A DNA stretch of 64,000 bases from Jimgerdemannia flammicorona (Eukaryota). The translations under genes were made by a program, and so were the position numbers. Where the stretch lies: positions 1 to 64,000 of the forward strand of contig RBNJ01000003.1 of the NCBI GenBank assembly GCA_003990765.1, in the 5' to 3' direction. Positions 39,266-52,517 of the stretch are shown here, one piece after another (the first letter of the stretch is position 1; every line of letters starts with the position of its first letter). The notes under the pieces are model-generated. The model was not told the DNA's origin and did no database searches. It saw only the letters and a list, made by a program, of their open reading frames with translations.

Positions 39266-40063
39266 CTTCTTTCTGATACTGCCAACTTTCCCCTCATTAT
39301 CTTTATACTTGCCCTTGACTTCTTTCTCCCTCTCCTTCCTCTTCTTCCTCTCTCTCTCTCTTTTGCTCTTCACCGTCTCTCTCTCCCTCTCCCACTCCTT
39401 CTTTCTTTCCCTTACCTTCCCCTTCTCCCTTTCCCTCTCCTTCTCCTTCTCGCTTCGGCTATTTCTCGCCTTCTTATATGTCACACCCTGTGTTTTCGAA
39501 AATATTTTTGGTGAATTACGTGGCATGAATGAAACAAAATTACGGGCTGGATGGAGCGTTGATTACGTACTCGCGAAGACGACGGTCCTCCCTCATCATC
39601 GACCACCTTCGTGTGAAAATAATAAATACAAGAATGTTTAATATTGTTTCAATGATGAGAAAGTCAAAGAATCTCATAGAAATCCCACCTCGTCGAGATT
39701 CTTCCGCTTTCTTAAATTGGGTGCCGTTTTCTTCCGTCCAACTCTCGCATATTTCGCTGCCTTCTTCTCAGCATGTTTGCGTTCGGCCTCCGAGTTTTCA
39801 TCCGAACTAGCAAAAGTTTCAGGGTCCACGCTGCTGGCAGCCGCGACACGGTCCAACATTTTTCGAATCTCTGGCGTGATGATCATTTCCAATACTCCAT
39901 AAGTAACTGGTGGCGTCGAAAGAGCTGGAGGTAGAACCGATGGTGTGTCGGATGGGGGAGGTTCCCAAGGATGAGGTGGAGCGGAAGGGGATGTTGTCGC
40001 CTCGAAGGAGAGAAGTGGGCCAGCGGACCCCACAGTAGTCGATGTATTAGAAGCCGGGTTCAT
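39266..40063 (-). CDS. Spliced gene of unknown function (Pro/Ser/Thr-rich N-terminus, basic NLS-like stretch, Lys/Glu/Arg-rich exon). Exons 40063-39689, 39606-39571, 39487-39266; 3' end unresolved.
   Basis: Two phase-0 GT-AG introns of 82 and 83 bp (GAG|GTGGGA...GAAG|, CGA|GTACGT...ACAG|) join ORF 39674-40063 in frame to ORF 39230-39526. A further donor-like AAG|GTAGGT sits at 39265. CpG-rich. Confidence 0.65.
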
Positions 40064-40497
40064 TGTTGCTGTAAAGTGGTAGTTCTCCGGAATCTGGTGT
40101 ATAATTTTTTTTTGCTAACTTTGTGACTGCGTCATAATTACGTCTACCACGCCAAATATTGGTGCATGGGCGATTCGTTATTCTCTCCATTATGTGCGCC
40201 CCCATCTCCCCTTTGCAATCTAATCCGGTCGAGATTACTTTTCAACAACAACTTCTTTTATATTGCTTAACAGAATTATGATTCCACCATGCACTATGCT
40301 CGGTTTTTGTCGAATTTCACATCAAACACGCTTACATGATGAAATAAATGAGACATGACACGAAGCCTGGTGTCAATTTGCCTATACGACTGTCATGCGC
40401 ATTGTAATATAATCGCCCATAACAGCGGAGTTCAATGCTCTCTCCAGACAAATACAAAACATAATTTTCGACCATGGCATACACAATTGAACTTCGA
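39440..40497. promoter_or_regulatory. CpG-retaining island covering the 5' part and upstream region of the spliced gene
   Basis: Dozens of CG dinucleotides, against near absence in the adjacent old TE DNA. Confidence 0.75.
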
Positions 40498-40499
40498 TT

Positions 40500-40839
40500 A
40501 AGACTTTCGTTTATGTATCAGAAAGTGGACTGGAGTGGGAAAAGGAAGCTCTCTGCTTTTCTTTGACTTTTCAGACTGAAGTGTATTCACTCTTTTCTCT
40601 GGGGTATTTTTTACAGTTGTGGTTGCAATCTGGTTGATATCTGGATAATTAAAGAATGCCCAGTATGGCCAAATATGGTATATAACTTCCACTGTACCCT
40701 CAGGATACAGTACCTTCAAGGCACAGTACAGTGTCTTCAAGGTTCAGTCAACTCAATCTGGCTATTTATGCTCTTTATATATTTTCTGCCATAACTGAGT
40801 AACTATATAGGTGACTATAGTATACTAAGTATTTATATC
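40500..40839 (-). repeat. Partial LTR of the B/C Gypsy family; its terminus continues at 45945-45981 after the Copia E insertion
   Basis: Matches C LTR 52150-52275 (GTGGGAAAAGGAAGCTC, TATTCACTCT...GGGGTA); ends TATCACA at 45981. Confidence 0.72.
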
Positions 40840-43800
40840 TGTTGTGGAATGTGGACTTTGGAGAGAGAAGCAAACTGTTTATTGCTAATTCTTACATGCT
40901 TTTATACATCGCAATTAGTGACGTTTACATGATGACATAGTCAAGGAAGGCTGCACCACCATATATCGAGTTGTAACCTACATATTTCAATACTCCTGCT
41001 CTACGAGATATACAAATTCCCGAACTGCAATACTAAGCTATAACCACTGCAAATCTCGCTGCAATGTTCAGACCACTATCTAGAAAACAAAAAAACACCT
41101 GAATTGCCTGCTTAAAGCTCAAAAAATAGGTTGAAAAGTAGAGATGTGAACATTCGTAGATGAGTAATGTTGGTAAAAATCTGCAATATAGTGATAGGGA
41201 AAAGAAATGCATTGAATATGAAATAGATTTCGAAATTGATCCACCAAAATACTTCCATATAGCTCACTATTGTTGCTGTTTTTATTGCTGGCATATAGTT
41301 TTTGCTGCCGTAACTCCCATTCCCTTTACACATAGATCAAATCTTGTCTTTGAGAGGGCTTTCATTAATAAATCTGCTATCATATACTCTGTTGGAGTGT
41401 ATTCCAGATATATAGTATCATTTTCCATGCATTCCTATATGAAATGATACTGTATATCAATGTGTTTCATTCTAGCATAGTGTATAGGATTCTTTGTCAA
41501 AGCAATCATTGATTGGTTATCTTGCTGGAGTAGTATAGAGTGCCGTTGCTTATATCACAGCTCCTTTAACAGTTCTCAAAGCCAGATAGCCTCCTTTGTT
41601 GCCATTGACAATACTTGATATTCCACTTACATAGAGGATGTTGCCACTGAAGGTTGCTTACATGTTTGCCATAAAATAGCTCCATTGTTTACTTTAAAGA
41701 TGTATCCAGTCATAGACCTTCTGTCATCTAAGTCACTGGCCCAATCAGTGTCACAAGAACTGAATAGACATATAGTACTCCCACTTTGCTCATTATTACC
41801 ACCCAAACTGAGTGTATAGTCCGTGGTTCCTTTGATTTACCTGAAATTCACTTGATTGCCATCCAATGGCTATTGTCATAGCATGAAGAATACTGCGCCA
41901 CTTTGTTTACCACAAAAGAGATATCAGGTCTTATTCCTTGCATAAGATACATAAGAGATCCCACAGCTTGTCGATAGGGGATGTCATTTCCCTCAGGCAT
42001 AGTGTCAGACTTCTTTAGTTTCATGAATGTTTCCATAGGTGTCCCAACTGGTTTGCATTCACTCATCCTGAATCGCTCAAGAATATTTTGAATGTATGTG
42101 GCTTGCATTAGGTATATAGCATGCTCATACCTGTTATGTATAATTGATATTCCAAGGAGATAGGATGCTTTACCTAAGTCTGTCATTTTGAATTCCTGGC
42201 ATAGTGTAGCCTTTACATCATTGATTTCACTTGCCATTCTGACTAAAATAATATTGTCAACCCAAATTCCCAGGTATACCGTTCCTGAGAATGTATGTTA
42301 GGTATATATGCATGGATCGGCTTCACAATGCTTGAATCCATTATCTAGGAGATATCCATTGATCTTTCGATTCCACAACCTTGTCACTTGCTTGATTCCG
42401 TAGAGCCCTTTGCGTAATTTACATACGAGCTCGTTTCTATCATTGTCATATAGTTCGTATCCTTGTGGTTGTCATATGTATAACTCCGTGTCTATATCAC
42501 TATTCAAGAACACTGTCTTTATGTCCATTTGGTGTATTTCATAGTCATACTTGGCTCTGATCACAAGAAGTATTCTAAGTGAAGTCAACTTAAATACTAG
42601 GGAAAATGTCTCATTGTAGTCTACACCGTAGCCTTGCAAGTACCTCTTTGCTACAAATCGAGCCTTATACCGTTCTACATTGCCATTAGCCTTATGCTTG
42701 ATCTTGTAGACCCACTTCGATCCTATAGCTTGTCACTCTGCTGGAAGGCTTACTAGATCCCAAGTGTTGTTTTCGATGAGCGAACTGTACTCCTCATCCA
42801 TAGCCCTTCTCCACTCCTTCTTATCATTTGAGTGAATGGCTTCATCATAGTTCTCCAGTTCACCGGTCATTGCAATATATGTGCATTCATAAGAATCAGT
42901 ATAGTTCACGTAATGTCCACTATTGTTGCTATGATGGGATATCTTAGGCAGGTCCCAATAACCTCCTAAATCCATATCTAGAACTCTGGATTTGTACTTT
43001 TGTTTGCCCTTTGGAGAGGTATCCTCTTCATCATTCTTGTCCATAATTTCCATTATCCTTGGTTCTTGCAACTTCATTGCCATTTGAATGGGTTGCGCTT
43101 TTGCTGGCGTAGGTCCCAAGGATGTCTTTGGCATAGTCTTTGGTGTCGTTCTGGGTGTAGATATTGTTCCGCTAGCCTTTGCAGTTGGCATAGATGTCAC
43201 TGGCTATACCATAAAATTCACTGTCGGATTCACCGTCAGATTCGAGATAGGAATTTCCATGTAAATTTCCTGCTTAGTCTCCTTGAACTGTACATTGTAT
43301 GAAATGATCATATGTCATTTCTGTGGGTTCCAAAGTCTGTATCCCACTCCATTGTATCCAAGGAATATATGCTTATCTGCCTTAGGTTCAAACTTGCCTC
43401 AGTTGCCACCTTTGTCCAGAATGTATGCCTTGCTTCCGAATATATGTAAGTGTGAAATGTCAGGCTTGGATCTATTCCATAATTCCTCAGAGGTAAGATT
43501 GCTGTTGTTTCTGGATTGCTTGCCAGGATCCTTGCTTAGAGCTCAAGAGAAACAACGATTTTGAATATATGCCGCCATATTTACCACTTCCGCCCAAAAG
43601 GACTTCAGTAAGCCAGCCATATTCATCATCGTTCTAGCCATTTCTACTACCATTCGATTGAATTGTTCTGCCACACCATTTTGCTGAGGTGTATAAGGGG
43701 CTGTCGTAGAGTGCTGTATACCATTCTTCTTCAAGAAGTGTCTGAAACCTTTGTTGACATATTCTTTGCCATTATCTGAGCGTAGGGTTCATATTCTACA

Positions 43801-45944
43801 TCCCGTCTCATTCTCCATATCTGCCTTGAATTTCCGGAATTTGTCGAATGCCTTATTTTTTCCTGTAATGAGATATACATAGACTTTGCATGTATAATCA
43901 TCAATGAATGTAATAAAATACTTCTTCCTGGAGTATGATGCCATTTGCATGGGACTACAAATATCCATATAAATCAAATCGAGAATGCTGGCCGCTTGCT
44001 TCGTTCATTCCTGAAAAGGTTGCCAGGAAGCCTTGTTTGCTGCACATCCATCACAAAAGAAATCTGGTGGCATATAGTCCAGTAAACCATACACAGACTT
44101 GCTCCTTACCATCCGTTTGAGACTTATTTTACGAATATGTCCTAAGTATTCATGTATTATATGCCAGAAATTCTCTCCTGTCATAGTTGCAGAATATGCA
44201 GATGTAGTGTCACTTGGCGTGCCATTGATTGTGTATAGATTCCCCTTTTTCGATGCATATATTAACTCCTTATTGTTCTTCAGATTGATTACCATTATAC
44301 TGTTCAGGTGTATATTTACTCCTCTGTCCCCACGAGCCATCATCCAGCCTATCGAGAAGAGGTTCTTGCCTATATCTGGAGCATATAGTATGTCCATGAA
44401 GGTGCCTGAAGGTTCATCAACATTTCCATGTAGATATATGCCTACATTGCCTTTCTCTTGAGTATAAATGACATTGTTGTCGCCTAGCTTGATAGGTATG
44501 AGATGCTCAAACTTCTCGTATGTAGAGAACCACTCTCGGTGGGCCATCATATGCTGTATTGTGCCCAAATCCATGAGCCAGACCTCTTCGCTGTATGCAT
44601 AAGCACTGTTCGGTGTATAGCTTACATTTGTACTGGCGCTGACGTTGACATCACCATTTTTTGCTGTCTGAAAAGTATTTCCTTTATCAGGATTTATAGA
44701 TGTCAAATTGCCGCTGCATTTGCAACTGGCGTTGTTTTTCGAATTATTTCCTGCTTCTGCATATGGGTAGGTTGCCACTTCTGCAAAGAATAGATCTACC
44801 CCATTGCCGCCGCTGTCATTATTGACATCCACCGTATTTGTCTGCCATTGTCCACCTTTCTCCTTTTTCTTGCGGTTGCAGTCCTTTTCACAATGTCCAA
44901 GCTTGTCGCAATAGAAGCATTTCCCAGTGAATTTCTGACCATCACATTGCTGGCTCTTGCCTTGGCCTTTATTTGACTTGCCTTTGCCATTGCCTCATCC
45001 ACATGCTCTGCCATAAAAGGCTTTTTCCTTACCATCATTGTCTTCATTAGTGTTCAGTCTCATTTCCTTGTTTAATAGACTCGTAACAATGTGCTTGTAA
45101 TCCGATAATTTGCCAGACTCCCTCATAGCCACAACGATAATGTTATATGCCTCCGGAAGGCCTCGTGTAAGGGTCAGGATCTTGTCTTCGTCCCTAATGG
45201 TGCCCTGGCATAGTTGTAAGAGAATTCACTTGATTCGCCAGCTCGTTGACTCAGTTGGTGTATTCCTGGATGTTCTCCATTGACTTCATTCGAAGATTGA
45301 ATAATTGTGCCTTCAAGTGGAATCTGTTTGAAGTGGATGCTTGTTGGTGGTAATTCTGCAAGATGTCCCAGGCTTCGTTTGCCATCATAGCATTGATTAC
45401 GAGCTTCATTTGTATGTTCAAAAGGGTAAACATAATCTCCCTTAGTGCCTTATGATTGTTAGTAGCGTTGTACCCTGTAATCTGTGCCTGTGGCTTCCAA
45501 TAGTCCCCCAAACTGCATTCTTCAAGGAGATTCTTCATATGATATGCCCATATAGCATAATCTATGCTGTCAAAGACAGAAATCATCCTTTTTACCGTGT
45601 TTGTAGTTGTAGGTGTCACCATCGTTGTTGTTGTTGTCATCGTAATGGGGGCCACCATACCCGTGCTGGTACCCAAGCCTATGTTACTGCTGGGGCTTAG
45701 CATGCTGCTAGCACTGCTTGTATTCATATATAGCATAGTGTAGTGTATGTGTTAGAGGGTGTATTATAGCTGCTAAGTGGGGCTCATAACCTGTTGTGGA
45801 ATGTGGACTTTGGAGAGAGAAGCAAACTATTTATTGCTAATTCTTACGTACTTTTATGCATTGCAATTAGTGACATTTATATGATAATATAGTTAAGGAA
45901 GTCTGCACCACCATATATCGAGTTATAACCTACATATTTCAATA
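40840..45944 (-). mobile_element. Copia E: full-length, moderately decayed Ty1/Copia element
   Basis: 153-bp LTRs 40840-40992 and 45792-45944; TSD ATATC/ATATT; gag ORF 45251-45736; knuckle CFYCDKLGHCEKDC (~44880-44920); protease WLMDLGTIQHM; integrase TPQQNGVAE; RT PYRQAVGSLMY; RNase H ~41350-41760. Confidence 0.95.
45779..45791 (-). promoter_or_regulatory. Copia/Ty5-type PBS (internal fragment of initiator tRNA-Met)
   Basis: GGTTATGAGCCCC immediately after the 5' LTR; matches the GGTTATGRGCCC PBS of copia/Ty5. Confidence 0.8.
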
Positions 45945-45999
45945 ATATTATCTGATTATACTATGCTATTTGTATATCACAATTATCTTTAAATTTGTA

Positions 46000-48210
46000 T
46001 AGCAGCTTCTTGAGTTATTTCTAGAATGAAAATTCATTTCCAATAGTATAGCTATACATATCTGTAATTTTCTCCTTCTTGTGATCTAGTTTAGTAATAT
46101 TAGAAATGACAAAAATTCCTCTTACTTTAGATCCTTTTCTTTTCTTTCTCTTTCCATTTCTCTCAGCTTTTTACTTTCAAGATCTTGGATTGTAGTATTG
46201 AAAAGATCAGCATTTATACAAGTTAGTTTTTTCTCATGATAGCAAATAGAATTATAGAGAGTGATGAGCAGGATTTCTCTAATATAATCAAAATTAATAA
46301 CTTCTTCTTTGATTGAAATTTCACTCTTTACTAAACTGCTCCTTATTAAGAGTACTCCAATATAGTTCTTGGATATAGTTATCTTTAGATAAGTTACAAG
46401 TAGGATAATTGTCTGGATTATAAAATATATTTTCAACAATAGTGATATCTATTTCAGCTATATTTTCTAACTTATATTCTAGCAGGACTATATAAAAATG
46501 AATCTTCTAATTCTTGACTTTGATTTTCTCATCATCATTACTATTCTCTAAGAGAGCTGGTAGTTCATTCTCCTGGTCTTTCTTTTTTGCTACTTTTGTC
46601 TTCTCTTTTTCTTCTCCTAATAAATCTTATAAATCTTAGTAATATATTGATAGCACTTATCTCTATACTTTATACAATATATCTGAATTCTATGAAAACA
46701 AACTCTTTGTAGTATATATCCTTTTGGCAATCTTCTTGTATCAATCTTTTTCATTTATCTATCTGATCATCTTCTTATTCTTCTAAGTAATTACTATATA
46801 GGCTTCTTCTTATTTCCTGACTTCTTTCTCTATCTCAGTGAGTACTTCTTTATTGAAATTAATTAGAATTTATATCTATCATCCTCAGTAAACAATCTGT
46901 ATCTTCTGAAAATTTATTTTAATTATAGTCTTAGCTTAGGGAAGCCACTGATTACCAATAAGAATATATACTATAGTTGGTGATATTTATAATAATCACA
47001 TCTACTGAAATAGTTACTCCTCTAAACTTAATAGTTATATCTCAAATCTTTCTCAGAGAAGTGGCTCTTATACTATCTACTGTAATAAATATTAATTTTA
47101 TAGCTTCTTTTATTTTCCAACTAAAGCAGTTTACTGTTCTCTACTGAGAAGATATTCTTCTATTTTTATATCAATAATAGCTTCAAAGATCCTGTTTTTG
47201 ATCTAGTAGAGAGTATAGGTAGAGGTTTTATAATCATCCTTCTCACTCTCTTTATCTAAATATTTTTATATATTATTAGTCTCTACTATCTTCTATCTTT
47301 GATCCTTAACTATTTCCACAAGTCCCAGTCTTATTTGTTGTCTGAAGATAGGGATTTCTGCCAACTGTCTAAAGGTTATATTAACTTTTTGCTAGCTGAG
47401 ATACTTAGATATGTTATACTTAAAGATCCTGCTCTTTTATAGCTTCTTCTCTATCTCTCCTTTACTGATAGAAGTAATGTATTAAATAATATCTTTGACT
47501 ATTTATTTAAGTTCAATATTTTGTTCTATTTTTTCAGCTATGGTTTCACTTTCTATAAGTACTTCTGTTTGTCCTTCTAGAGACTGTTGTACTGAGTTCT
47601 TCTTGAATCTTTCTAAGTGTCTCTTGTAAGATTCTCTGTAGACATCTCTCTTAGAGATAAGAGTAGGATAAGTTTCCCATTCTTACTCTTTCTCAGAATC
47701 TTCAATATTATCAAAGGTGATAGTATTGATCTGTTTACAGTATCTAATAGTATAGCTCAGCTGGACCTTATACTTAAGTTCACTTATGTATTTATAGAAG
47801 TAGTGGCCTTCTTCTCTACAAGTATGGCAAGTTTCTCTAGTGGTAGCAAACTTCTGAACTAAGTGAGTCTCTTCTTCTAATTTCCTTCAGAATATCTCCC
47901 AGATATATAGTCATTTTGGCAAAATTCTTAACAAATTTCTCTATAGGATTGCTGTTCTTCTACTACTCTATAATTTTTGCTTGAGAAATGTTTCAATTAA
48001 TTACAGTTGTAGGAATTATACTAGTCATCTTGAGTATTTCACTTCTGACTCTACTGACTCTCTCTATTGTATAGTTCTGAGAGTATCTAACTATTCAATA
48101 TTTAGTAAAAGTCATCTTCAGTATTAAGTTCAGAACTATTCATATTGATTAAATTCACATAGCTATCTCTGGGTAAATTTTTTTTAAAGAGATTACTCTA
48201 GCTACTTGAT
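46000..48210 (-). mobile_element. Heavily decayed Gypsy gag-protease fragment (family A-like)
   Basis: Knuckle remnant CHTCREEGHY (~47800-47830); protease region ~46930-47190 colinear with A 9780-10050. Confidence 0.65.
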
Positions 48211-48213
<3 letters not shown>

Positions 48214-48249
<36 letters not shown>

Positions 48250-49860
48250 CCAGGAACTTCCACTATATTACTCAACTACCTATAATATATTAATATATAT
48301 GACCTCCTCACCAAATTCCACAAGAAAGCCCCTCCTCTCTTATACTATTTTTTCAAAATACTACTATCTTCTCTATCACTCTAATTCTCTCTCCACTCTT
48401 CCTACAAAGTGTCTCCACTGTTACTCTCTAATATACACTCCACTCCCTTTACCATCTATTCATTAAGTCCAATATCAACCACTCCCATCTAGCAACCCTT
48501 GTCCCCAGCATCAGCTATTAACTATTCTCAAATATATATAACCAATGATGAGTAAGCCTGACCCAAATAGCCAGTACACATTCCAATATTAGTCACTTAT
48601 CCCCCAACCCCCCCACCAGCCTACTCTAGAGATCACCCCACCTCCCTCCCACTACCAGTTCAGATGAGCACACTCCCAGCCACTCTTCAATTGTACTCCA
48701 AAAATCTCTCATCACCTTATACTCCTCTAGCCAATGTTCAGATATCTGTACTGCTCCCCTCTTCTATCTGATGTTTAGATACTCCTAATACTCCCAGGTA
48801 CCTTCTTTTACCAAACGATCTGACTAGTAGTTCAACATCACATTATACTATAGAAGTCTCTATCATACTACTCAGAACTTGAGAGAAATATATCTTACCA
48901 CCTGTTTGCTCTACAACTAAATGTCATTACAATCCTACTCTTCTCCAATTTCTACCCTCTGTCATGCCTCAGACCACAGATCCCTTCCATGCTCCTATAG
49001 ATACTCTATACCATCCTCTAAGTAGAAGTTCTTTACTTGTGTTCTATCTAACTAAAGGTGGTCCCATCTCAATATCTGGAGTCCTCTGTCCTCCTCTCTC
49101 TTATCACCTTATTATTAGAGACCAATATAGTGAGCCCCATTAACCACTTCTCACTAGAATCCTCAAAAGTACATCCTCTGACTCTCCTCCAAAGCTGCCA
49201 GAGATAGTAGGTCCCCAGTTACATCATATGGAGAGAACTGGGCCTCCCACACTCTCTATATGAGAGGAACCCACTCTCCACCCCTCAACTTACTAGCTCA
49301 CTTCAGCTATCATGCCTACAAACAATGAAGGCACTAGGAAAAATTCACTAAACCTAGTCCTCTCTAGTCTACTGATAAGGTAAACATCTTCTAACCTATC
49401 TGACTCCATTGCTCTTCCCATATTCAGATCCTGGTCATCTTCAACAATCACTTGACCACTTATTCCAGAAAGTTCACGTAGTACTTCAGATACCATATCT
49501 TAGGCAACCAGTATATATTCAGCAATGTCACCCTCTCTGTCAGAGATATATAATAACCCCTCCATTTCAAGAGAGTACTCTCCCACTCCATCAACTGCTG
49601 CTCTCACTATCTGTGAGATAACAAAGAGCCATATACTGAGAAGTAGATCTCCAGATAATGAACAACCTCTCCTGCAGAGAAAATTATTCCAATCACATCT
49701 CTACCTACTATTTCTTCTCTCAACACCAAAATCTCACACATATTCAAGTTGAGCTTAGCACCCAAGCACTTCTCAGCAACAATGACCCCCATCTTCCAAT
49801 TAGCTCCCAGAATGTCCAATCCCCTCACCCTTTACCAAATCCTGTCCAAAAGAGGCTCCA
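48214..49860 (-). mobile_element. 5'-truncated LINE with 30-nt poly(A) tail
   Basis: T30 at 48214-48243; ORF 49607-49828 (LGAKLNLNMC...VHYLEIYFS) matches the RT C-terminus at 1785-2144. Confidence 0.85.
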
Positions 49861-49869
49861 GAGATAGTA

Positions 49870-50277
49870 TATATAGAATTAATAATAGTGGAGTCTATTT
49901 GGATTGGGTTTGCCAGATATTAGCTATATATATTTGAAGATAATCAGTAATTATCACTGGGGGTACAGGTTGTGAAGTTGAAATGGTTGATGCTGAACCT
50001 TTTGAATGGTTAGTGGTAGGGGTGGAGAACTGGAGAGAGGCTTCAAAGAAAGCTTATGGAGAAGATTTATAGAAACAGTAGAGGGAAAATTGGGGTAGCT
50101 GGGGGATTGATGACCTTTCAGAGAGATAGAGAGGGGGGGTAGAGGGGCTCTTTGTAGGATTGAGTAAGGGATATATAGATATATCTATATTAATATAATA
50201 GGAAGATAATATAGAAGAGTTAGTAATAAAGTAGAAGTCTAAGTAACTATAAAAAAAAAATAAAAAAAAAAATAAAA
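49870..50277 (+). mobile_element. 5'-truncated LINE 3' end with decayed poly(A)
   Basis: Purine-rich plus strand ending GTAATAAAGTAGAAGTCTAAGTAACTATA + A-rich tail. Confidence 0.65.
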
Positions 50278-50329
50278 GAGACTATATAGTATCAAAAAGT
50301 AGTATAGCTATAGAATAAAAGAATCAATA

Positions 50330-51200
50330 AATATCTTCTTAACAATGGATTCACAAATTACAAAGTAGACAATTGTATATATATCTAGTATTATGATAAT
50401 AGAAGTATAGTTTTCATCAGTATTTAGATTGATGATATAATTTTCATTAGTAATAAGAATAGACTTAATAGAGTTAAAGAGAGAATTCAACATGACATAT
50501 ATGAGTGATATATTTTTCTTTTTGGGAATATCTATTATATTTAATAGAAATATATATACTATATATCTCTTACATATAATATATACTCAAACAATCCTTG
50601 AATATTTTAATATAATTAGATATAAGGCCATTGGTACTCTTATAGATACCTCTGTAAAGTTAAGAAAGCTAGTTATACTGCCTATAGAAGATGATAATAT
50701 ACTAATAAAAAACAGTGTAAAAGATAATGACAAATATATTCTCTATTGATAAATAGTAAGTTCTCTTATATATCTCATACTCAGAATGAGGTCCAATATA
50801 TCATATGCTATAAATAAGATTGTATAGTATTCCTTCTACTATAATAATTCATATTAGAGTATCATTATGAAATTTTCAGATATCTTAAGAGTACAGTAAA
50901 CTATATACTCACTCTTGGCAATATTAGATTAAGTGAGAGCAATAGTAAGAGAAATAGTAACTGGCTATCTAGTATATATGATACTGATTGGACAGGTGAT
51001 TTAGATGACCACTGATCTACAACCAGGTATCTCTTCTATATTAGTAAACAAGGATCTGTCATTTTATGATAGATGTATAAGTAATTATTTATAATAACAT
51101 CTTCAATCCAGGTTAAGTATCAGATATTGTCAAACATAATAAAGAAAGCTATTTGGCTTTATAAGTTATTAAAAGAACTCAGATTCACTAAGGAATATAT
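50330..51200 (+). pseudogene. Copia RT/RNase H fragment
   Basis: Colinear with Copia F ~34990-35680 (DTDWTGDLDD, TTRYLF, KKAIWL). Confidence 0.8.
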
Positions 51201-51459
51201 ATGTAATACTAATAGAAGTATAACACAGTATGAGCAACTAATTATAGTTCTTAAATAACATAATCTCAAATTCACTTTAAATTATACAATCTATAAACTA
51301 CTTTGAATTAATCCTAAAGGAGCAAAGCTTTATTTATAGCTAATAATAGATGATGATATATATTACAGTATCTCTGACTAGTCAATTAGCTTATATCTAT
51401 ATAGAATCACTATTTGGTGGGAAATAATATTTTTTTGTATATGAAACTTAAATGTATAT

Positions 51460-52477
51460 TGTAATGTGCCCAGCTCAATAGAGGCAAATTACAAGGTTGG
51501 GGGATGTGTGAATTTGGCTTGAGCCCCTAGTTACTTTGTTTAAAAGCAACAAAATGTTCTAAAATTCCTGAAGTCCTTTGATGTTTAGTAGTATAATAGT
51601 CAAATCTGGATATAGCAGTTAATCATATGTCGATTTCCTAATTGGGTCGGTTCTCTGAATATAGTAGTGATTTGTGTATGAATAGGATTCCCCAATTAGG
51701 TCAACTGGAAATTCCTGTGTAGCGTGATGATCTCTTGTTGACTGGGAATAGGTGGATAATTTGTGTAGTATGAGCGGTTTCCTTCTTTAACTGGGAATGC
51801 GGGTGATTTATATAGCATGACAATCTCCAAAGTAGATGATTTCTGGGTGATGACAGATAACTTGGGCAGATTTTTGGCAAAGTTACATTAAAGACTGGCT
51901 TTATTTGCATGGAGTTATGTTGAAACTGGCTCTACTGCGAAGTTGCGTCAAAAGACTGGCTTTGTGGCAAAATTCCTAAGGTGGCAGGTTTGAACTTAGA
52001 TAGATTTCTCTTCAAATGGCAGCTCTTCTTGAGTGGCAGAATTCGGATTCTTCAGGCTTGTAATTTCTTAGCAGTGGCTCATTGGCAGGTTTCTCCTCCT
52101 AAGTGTACCAGACAATTTACTTTTATATTTCAAGCTTTCGAACTCAAACTTTGTATTGGAAAGTGAACCAGAGTGGGAAAGGAAGCTCCTGCTTTTTGAT
52201 TTCAAACTGAGGTTTATTCACTCTAGCTTCTGGGGTAATTTATACAATTTGGTTGCTATCTGGTTGCTATAAGGCTAACTATAGGCCTGCTATTTCCAGT
52301 AATAGTGTTCCACTTGGGATGGGTGTTCTGCTTGGAACAGGTGTTCTACTTGAGATGAGTGTTCCACTTGGGATGAGTATACAGATTTGGTATTTGGGTT
52401 AATTATAAGTAGGTAACTAGGTAACTATATTTATACTGAAAGTTTGCATCATCTGATTATGTACTTGGCTCATCACA
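51460..52477 (-). repeat. Gypsy C 3' LTR
   Basis: TGTAATG...ATCACA; direct repeat of 59799-60778. Confidence 0.93.
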
Positions 52478-52517
52478 TTAGCCCCCACAAAAGGGTAGTC
52501 TGTCCCCAGACTGTCCT

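Noticed and set aside
48214-50277. Single LINE with twin-priming 5' inversion
   Set aside because: Both arms end in their own poly(A) tail with different termini, so they are better read as two truncated insertions.
51200-51459. Possible additional solo LTR hosting Gypsy C (continuing after 60782)
   Set aside because: Too decayed; no second end or TSD could be identified.
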